DNA of 64,000 nt from Sphagnum compactum (Eukaryota): NCBI GenBank assembly GCA_965153455.1, contig OZ234494.1, positions 3,844,001 to 3,908,000 of the forward strand. The letters are read 5' to 3'. Both the position numbers and the translations under genes were made by a program. Below the pieces are notes generated by a model. It did not search any database. It was not told where the DNA came from and worked only from the letters and a program-made list of their open reading frames with translations. Positions 56,080-64,000 of this stretch are shown here, piece by piece. Numbering within the stretch: position 1 is the stretch's first letter; every line of letters begins with the position of its first letter.

Positions 56080-58430
56080 TTGCATTGTTGCAACATATGG
56101 GCATTTTATGCATCAAACAATCCTTCTACTGCACTACTTGAAAGGTAAATTCAACCCATTTTGAAATTTGATATGTGTTTTGTGCTACCCTATTATTGTA
56201 CTTGCATAATTAGAAAAGGCATCATAAGTTACAAGTTTACTATTGGAATTTATTGTGCTTTGGAAACATTTGGAGTTGAGTCAATCAAAAATTGGAATGA
56301 TGAGAAAAGGATGGACTTGGATGTAGATTGTTAATCCTTAGAATGAGGATGATTATCATAGGTAGCAATTTGAAGAGGATTTGTTGTTGGTTTATTTCCT
56401 TATTATTGTTAAAGAATTAGGTGAAAACATGGTCAAGTAGACAACATTTGCTCCTTGTCACAAAAAATTACATAACCATAAAAAAGTTTAACATATTGAA
56501 AGTAAAAAACTATTTTATTCAATTTAATATTAAGATAATATTTCATTTTATTATTATAAGATCAAAAAATTGCACCTTCAAGTGAATTTAAATAGGTTTT
56601 AAAAATGCATAAGTGCATGAGATTTCTAGTCTTATAAAAGGGGTTGCAAGTAAATGAAATATTGATATGTAAAAAAATAAAGTTAGTGGAGGCTTAGAAA
56701 ATATTTATGTATTGTTAAATTCGCATATTATAATCATAATATATCAAACTTCTACATATAAATTAATTCTTTTATATTAAAGTTCTTCAAATTTTGTATT
56801 TAATTCACCATAAAATCAATGGAGGGACTAATGGTTTCACATTTGTACTTACAAAAGTTTTTAATTTACTTTCTTGTGTTTGTGTAAAGAACATTGTTCA
56901 TTTAAAAATTAAATTTGAATGAACTAGACTTCTTCTATCTACTTGACCATGAATCCACCCCCTTGGTGTGTTTGTTTTTGTGTTAAATCACCATTCCTTA
57001 AAATATTAGTTTTGAAACATACCCCTTGTGTTAGTTTTCCATTAATGGATTTGTTAATGAATGAAACTTTGCCAAGGTTAATTGAAAAATCAAAGAAAAG
57101 TTCATCATTCAATATACATCTTGATTCTTGCAACAATTATAATGGCAAATGTTGATTTATGGATGTCAAAAGGAAGAGTGCATATTTTTATTTTCATTGT
57201 ACATTTTTTGAATCACAATTAGGAGCCTTGTCATGTAACCATTGACTTGTTTGAAATGTAGTCAATATTTTTGGGATTGCCATGACCCTATAAGGAGCTA
57301 GAAACACATGGGTTAAAAAATTTAAATTTTTTGCATAGATGTCAAAGATGAAAAATAACAATTTTTCAACTATGACCACTACTTTAAAACTTGTTGTTTC
57401 ATATGAAATGTTGGGGTTCATAACACCATTTATATAAATTGGCAAATGGTGGGGGCATACCATGTCTAAGTGTTGATAACATGCAACATATGATACCAAC
57501 ATTTATGTTGGATTAACATCAATTTCCATCTTTAAAATTTCAATTTATTTTGCATAAGATTATCACCTTGACCAAAAAGAATGGGAAAGGATGAAAAGTT
57601 GCATAAAACTAGTTTGGATATTGGCACACATACACCCACACAAGTTAAAAACTATAGTGAAGATTCTATTTGTTTTAAAAGTCATTTTGTTCCAATAAAC
57701 ATTAGCATTTAAGAGTATTACATAGTATTATGAGTGACAAACATCTATGGCCTTTCAAGGTACTGTGTTAAATCTTTAAGCTTGGGTGATAATCCAATTG
57801 TTATTTTTGATACATTGGGGCCCATGGTCCACCAATGTGTTGTTAACCAAACCCAACGTTACTAGTTGTTGTTTGATGCACATGTTATTACAAATTTACT
57901 TCAAATCCATATTTGGGAAGAATGTTTAACACAATACTCCTCAAAAATTGAAATTTTGATGTAGAACTTCAAGTTCTATAGTAGTGCATGCAAAAACAAA
58001 TCCTACAAAATTTTGACTCCTTTCTTGCATTTTTGGTGTCCTTTTAGGAACACAAAATTCATAACATGTTGTCGTTGATTTGAATTCACATTTTAAAGGC
58101 TTAAGGCTATTCATACAATATGTTGGGAAGGAGAGAGTTTTACATATTGCAAGTGCATATGAAACTCTAAACCCTAAACCTTGGGTTGTTTTATTTTCAT
58201 TATTGGTTCATGCATATAAAAATTTGAACCCAATTGTTGTAAATGAAGGTGTTGCTTCTACATGGAGTGGTTTAGAAATATGACCTCATGGAGACCAATG
58301 AAGAAATGGCATTGTCAATGGTCAAGGAACAATTGAATTATTACATGATAATGAAAGTAAGTGATGATGAATGCCATTTGACCTTTTTTGCATGGTTAAA
58401 AGTTCAAGAATCACAATTTTTATGTTGGCT
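56080..58430 (+). mobile_element. Highly degenerate hAT-like transposase remnant
   Basis: Scattered in-order remnants: CCNIWAF/RKGIISY (~56085-56235), NVDLWMSKG (~57150), VKDE..F.TMTT, WGHTMSKC, KLKTIVK, NQTQRY*LLFDA, HFKGL, AWLKVQESQF. Many stops and frameshifts. Boundaries approximate. Confidence 0.6.
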
Positions 58431-59967
58431 TTTATTATTTCATGGTCCATCACATATTGAATCATTATATGAAATTTGGAATGAGAATCAATATGAACTT
58501 TCAATTCTCCCATTCCAATCAACCAACTCATCCATATTTTTGGATTTAAAAGTTCATTGCAAAGTGAATGAATTTTTTTCAAAAAGTAATTACATGCATG
58601 TTTTCATAATCATGTTGTTAATCTATAAACAAGTCCTACTTAAACAAATTTAAGGTTATATGTTTTATTTAAAAACAGTGAAACGAGATGAGTATTTAAA
58701 AACCAAAATAATATCACAAAAGCAAGCCATTCAACAATGCATTTAGTAGAGACACTCACTTGATTCACTTCTCTTTTCATTCTTTACTCTTTCTTGTGAG
58801 CCCAAGGCTATGGTCAGAACATTTTAGGTTTGGAAAAACATGTGATGATTGTTAAGCTCACTTTGATCTTGGAAGATATTGTTGCTTCCAACTTGGCCTT
58901 AGGAGATGATGATGTGAATGATCTAAGAACATTTTTGCTTTTACTTAGGTTTTTTTCCTTCTCATTGTATTATTCAAATCAAGCTTTTTTTTTAAAAAAC
59001 CAGGAAAACTTGATGTGCCCAACAATTAATTGAGAACCTGGATTTAGACTTGGTGGCACTTTTGACCTTTGTGAAATAACTTAACCAGAGCAAAACTGAA
59101 ACCTGCCCCCCTAGTTTAAATGCTTTAATAGTTTAAACATAGAATAGTTCCAAGTCCCGTGGAGTTATTAAATACTTCAGAGTTCTTTTTGAAATAATTG
59201 TTAGTATTTTGGCACAAGTAATAAATATTTTTTCAAAATTTTTGCAAAATAAAAAAATAATTTTAATTTATGCCGAAACTGTTTCTGTACTACAGGTAGT
59301 TTCATCAGGTCTTTGATACCAAGAGGTGTACCAATCTATATACCAAGGTTTTAGCTTGGTACCTGCCCAACACTGGTATAAACATGCAGATAAAATTGTT
59401 GTTGCAAAACTTAGTCAGATGGTACATGGATTTGGCCCTTTTGAAAGAAGGGAAACACTCCCTTATGGCCCTCCAAAGAGAGCACTTAATTGATTGCGTG
59501 GCCAATGAGTATTCATGTGCTACCTAGGTTTGCTAATTCCAACAAATTTAAGCAAAGGACAAATAAATTTTCAATGACTTTTTCTTCTGCAAATTGGGTA
59601 CTATTTGATGTTTGTGTATTGGGGAAGGCCATGATGTCAGGGCATGACTCCTTGGACCAAGGGTGGCGGCCCAAGGTGTAATGCCCGGACAACATGGCCT
59701 TGGAAAGAGGGCAATTGGTCAAGATGTAACGTCCAGATAGTAGGCTGTTCCCCGGTGTAATAATCGAAGGGCAAATCATTTGTATGGTTGAGATGCATTC
59801 TAATGATGGTTGAGATTGCATCCAGCAAAACACTCCCACTATGGGGAAATTCCACGAAACCTCCCATGTTAGCCTGGAGGGAAAATTGTCCTTCTGGAGA
59901 TCCTAAAATTACACAGCAGTTTTTGGGCCAAGGTTGTTGAGAGTGTTGGACGAGTATCAGGCTTTAA

Positions 59968-60339
59968 GAGCATCTCCACTGGTGCTGAGTATGTCACTCT
60001 GGATAATAAAATTAAATGTCTAAGTTTAGCTGTTTTATATTGGCAACCCCACCAATAAAACTGTAACTGGAACTGCATATCCATGGGTACTACGAATAGC
60101 AAATCACCTTGACCAATCAGTATGATCGACCAATCAGAAATACTGAGCCGCAGTCAGGTTCAACTTACTACACTCTTTTTCGGAGGTGCGCAACTGTGTT
60201 GCGCCTTTTACCAGCCACTGGAGGCTGCACGAATTTGGTGTAGAAAAACCAATTTCTTGAGCTAAACCGGCACATTTTGACTGTTTTGCAATAAATTTTA
60301 CTGTATGGAGTCACATACTGTGCACCGGTGGAGATGCTC
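59968..60339. mobile_element. Tourist-like (PIF/Harbinger) MITE, 372 bp, copy 2
   Basis: TIR GAGCATCTCCAC(t/c)GGTGC..., TAA TSD (59965-59967 and 60340-60342), interior colinear with 49082-49436. Confidence 0.92.
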
Positions 60340-61477
60340 TAACCCTGGTATATAGATTGGTAATGGTCCTCGTACAGAAGAATTGACTAGACTGGTATGA
60401 CCTGAGGCAATACCAGGCTCAAACCATTGCCTGGCTGGTAGGGACTTGAGATCATACCGACCTTGTATCAATACCCACCTGCTAGAGAGACTAGAGGTCA
60501 TACCAATCTTGTACCAATACCTGCTTGGTAGGGACTTGAGGTGATACCAGGTTAATACCAGAGCTATTTTGGTCTCAATATCTGGTATACCTGCCACATA
60601 CCAGCCAAATATCAGCCTTGGACCTTGATACTAGGACCGGGCTTGTATGAAAGTTTTACAAAAGATCCAATACCGGTAACATTCTAGCATGAACAAAATT
60701 CCACTACCAGCACCAGGCTGGTATGATTTTTTCGGAAGGATTCCATACCAACACCAACTATTATTTTCAAAAGTTGATACCTGCCCAACATTGGTTGTCA
60801 CATCCATTGAAGATCTTGCACCCAAAACTGAACAAAAAAGTTTTCATCGAGTCATTCAGGTTTGCCACTTTTGATTCCAAAGTCAAAAAGTTGCACATAT
60901 TGTGTAGCCCTTATCCTTTTGCACAACAACTTTTTTTCATTTTTGTCTGATAGATTCTAAATACCAAGAATTTTTCTCTTGAAGAAAAAAATAATGATGA
61001 ATTGTGATCATTTAGTATATTATGGAACATGGCTGGTATGAGCCACTGGTGAGGTGCATGTGAGGAATTTGGGCAAGCTTGGTAGGCTAAGCCAAATTTT
61101 TTTGAGCAGGCAGCCAAATGGGCACAAAGGCCTGTACCTGGCAGAGTCCATAACATAATGGTTTTCATGATTTCGCAATGGGTATGTGGATTTGGAACAA
61201 TTTGTTAAGTCAGCTAGATGGAAGCAGACTCCATTGTGCCCACTGCTTATAAGGGGGACTAAAACAAGGCAGAAAATGTTGTATGAAAACCAGTATGTAG
61301 ATGATTTCATTTTTCACAAGTGAGTTTCACAAGGTTATATTGGGACATTAGCTAGTTCTTAGCTTGGGTACCATTTATTTATGGACCATATATATGTGCT
61401 AGGCAACAAACCCTGTTTGTCCTATGAGTAACCTTCTATTCTACAAGCATGTGAGAGACAACTCTATAGTCTCTATA

Positions 61478-61547
61478 CTCCCCCTGCCTTGAAATGTGAT
61501 TTCATCTTGGATTCCTTGATGAAATGACATTTCAAGGCAGGGGGGAG
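61478..61547. mobile_element. 70-bp fold-back element, Stowaway-like
   Basis: TA|CTCCCCCTGCCTTGAAATGTGATTTCATC-loop-GATGAAATGACATTTCAAGGCAGGGGGGAG, ~29-bp near-perfect arms. The right-hand TA TSD is not intact (GA). Confidence 0.6.
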
Positions 61548-61817
61548 GACTGGGAAAAGATGCCTTTTACAATTAGCAAGATGGATTCTGGAAATCCCCA
61601 ATTTCCATAAAATTGGTACTCAGAGAGTCTCAGACTGGGGAGTCAGTAACCCAAACATCATCGTGTGCACTGTACCTGGCTTCGTAGGTACAGTTTTTGT
61701 GTACTACTGCACCATAATATCTAGGATAGTGTACCTGTCACTACTAAGGGTTGGTTGGCATTTAATAATCCCTAAAGGATAGAAATTTGCACTAAATAAT
61801 AGTGTGATTCATATTAA

Positions 61818-62345
61818 CTAGTGTGGCCTCTGCCATTGGCCCAAGTGTGAACCCATTACAAAATAGTGAAACACAACATTGTTTTGCAATGTATGTACTG
61901 ATTTTTTGAACAGCCAAATATGAAAGGGAATCAATGCTTGAATTGAATTAGTAAGCCTTCAAGTGTTACCGCTTTTTCAACTGATCTTTCCTTCCAAAAC
62001 CTCCTTTTTTGGAATTTATTTGAATTTTCATCGGCAGAAATTATTTACGAATCAATATCGCCCACATTTGGAATCTAAATCTTACCAAATAAATTCCATT
62101 AAATCCTGCTCACCAAGATCTTTCCCACAACACCAACGGCACATTCCAATTCCTCTGAAATTTTCAGCTATGATTTAATTTGAATATTCAAGAACTTCTA
62201 CTCCGCAAGTCCAAACACCATGAAACCAAGCTGATGCACCCCTCCTCCAAAGAGACCAAGAACACGATCCAAAGCATCCCGGTTCGATGGATCTCATCAG
62301 TACAAACAAAACAAAACAAACAAACTACCTTCCTTCATAGATAGA
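61818..62345 (-). mobile_element. Non-autonomous Helitron-like element, family A, copy 2 (528 bp)
   Basis: Minus strand starts A|TCTATCTATGAAGGAAGGTAGTTTGTTT and ends TTGGGCCAATGGCAGAGGCCACACTAG|T. Homologous to 35214-35652. Confidence 0.8.
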
Positions 62346-62869
62346 TTAGGGTCATTGTAGACAAGGGTCCAAGGACCGAAAGCCCAAGGATTAATTTGAA
62401 CCAAATTGGACCTTGAATTGGACCCTTCTTCACATAAAAAGGCATTTTTTTTCTATTGTACAATGAGTGTATCTAAAGACTTGGGTCCAATTCAAAGGTC
62501 CAATATCAAAAATGTTTGATTGATATGTGAGACGATTAGGTTAACTTTTGGTCTTTTCTCTTTCTTTTTTTTTCTTTTTTTTTTCATGGTTGTTAAAAAA
62601 AAACTTTTACTACACACAGTGGATCTTCTTTCCAACTTTTTCATTCATCTTCATATTTCACCACGATTGCTTTCTTCCTTGGCGTTTTTTCATATGGAAT
62701 GGGAATTGGTTTAGGGATTTTTTGTAAATCCAAAACTCTTTCCACTTGTGAAAATTGACACTTCAACTTTTCACTTTCTACCCCATCTTTTGATTCACCT
62801 CCATTTCATGCACTTGGAAAGGCTGAAGTTGCACTCATTTTAACAATCACCTTGTACTCCATTCATGTT

Positions 62870-63055
62870 TTTGAGGGTAGTGATGGAATCTTTTCTAGAG
62901 CTTCCGTTGATTGCCTTGAAGAAGTCTTTTGAGCAGTCGTCATTGCCTTTGTCCATCCACTTGATTCAAGCTCGAATCCGAATGCCTTCAACCTTCATGT
63001 CTTCCATTTCTTTAACTTGCTCCCTAAGACCTCTCGTAACTTGTTGCAAGCAAAC
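62870..63055 (-). mobile_element. L1-clade LINE ORF2 fragment (EN-RT linker); further decayed L1-like sequence may extend to the window end
   Basis: Minus-strand translation LREQVKEMEDMKVEGIRIRA*IKWMDKGNDDCSKDFFKAI matches the G..iRsr.kW...G....k.FF linker motif of L1/Tx1 elements. Confidence 0.6.
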
Positions 63056-64000
63056 ATCATGCACGTTCTCCTACAGCTTTCCTTCAGCAAATTACAATTC
63101 CATACCTTAGGGACTCTTCTGCTAGCCTGAACACAAGCCGGATCCTTCTTAAGGTAGTTGCAATAAGATGGTAGGAATAGTTTGCAGGCCGTAGGGTGAA
63201 AGGCAACAACTCAACCAAGGCAAGGCATCAAGATTTGGAAGGTCTATTGGACCAACAACCTTCAAAGGTTCAAATATTTGGGCTAGAAGTAATCATTTTC
63301 TTGCTCTTTCCATGGACAATTGGAAATTATAGGCTACTTCCAATTCTATTTATTATCTCAATTTTGTGTTGGAAGGTAGGTTGATTTCCCAAGGTAGTTG
63401 ATCCTGGAAAATTGGCCTCTCCCTTATGATTTTTGAGGATTTTATTGACAATCCTTATCCAAGTCCTACTTCTCAAACTACTGAGTTTATGGTTTTATAA
63501 TGGCCATGAAAGAGGTGAAAAAAGGTTCTTTTTGGCCTTTTCTTCATTGGAAAGATAATACTCTACACCATGTCCTCAAGCCTTGATTTTGTTCCTTGAC
63601 TTCCTTTGTTTTTTCAAATTTAAGGTCTTATAATTGATATTAAGGTTGTATACTTGAATTTTTGTAAGGATGAAATATTATTCTTTGTTGTTTAAACAAG
63701 CAAGCGAGAAACCTTTTGTGATGCAAACCACCAAGTTTGGATGGTAGTTGATCTTGTCATTATAATATGCTACAAACCACTTTTTGTTGACTATTTGTTG
63801 TGTGAAGGTTTAAAGTTCATTTTTCCATTGATTAGGCACCTTTTTAGTTAGCCTCCCCCATACACTAAATTTATTGTTTTTGAATTGGCAAATTCTTTTG
63901 GCCTTAGCCCAAGTTTTAAAGGCCTTGGTATGTGGGTTCCATAGGTCTCCACTTGTTTGTAAACTCATTCAATGGAACTCCTCAACTCTTGGTATGGAAC

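Overview
Eukaryotic, intron-rich, AT-rich land-plant nuclear DNA. The repeat families and gene architecture suggest a moss such as Sphagnum (inference, not verified). I reconstructed five intact spliced genes by hand with consistent splice phases: (1) a 14-exon, ~405-aa PLP-dependent cysteine synthase of the alphaproteobacterial/fungal type rather than the canonical plant OAS-TL type, with a probable transit peptide and one GC-AG intron (56-5715, -); (2) ribosomal protein L41, 25 aa, missed by the ORF track (16786-17329, +); (3) a UBAP1/MVB12-like UMA+UBA protein (18397-21364, -); (4) the chromatin remodeler DDM1, 14 exons, ~756 aa (29168-34208, -); (5) a PPIL3/CYP18-1-type cyclophilin, 160 aa (39388-41735, +). 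Intergenic DNA is mostly transposon-derived: a decayed 4.4-kb RTEX-like LINE, a solo LTR with a 5-bp TSD, two Tourist-type MITEs with TAA TSDs, three non-autonomous Helitrons, and hAT, CRE-like and L1 remnants. There are also a 5S-rRNA-derived fragment, a probably mitochondrial tRNA-Asp half, tandem arrays and fold-backs. I did not find a clearly novel multi-gene system. The best leads are the non-canonical cysteine synthase, the LINE's in-frame ORF1/ORF2 junction and 21-aa repeat insert, the 5S-bearing element, and two orphan spliced loci.
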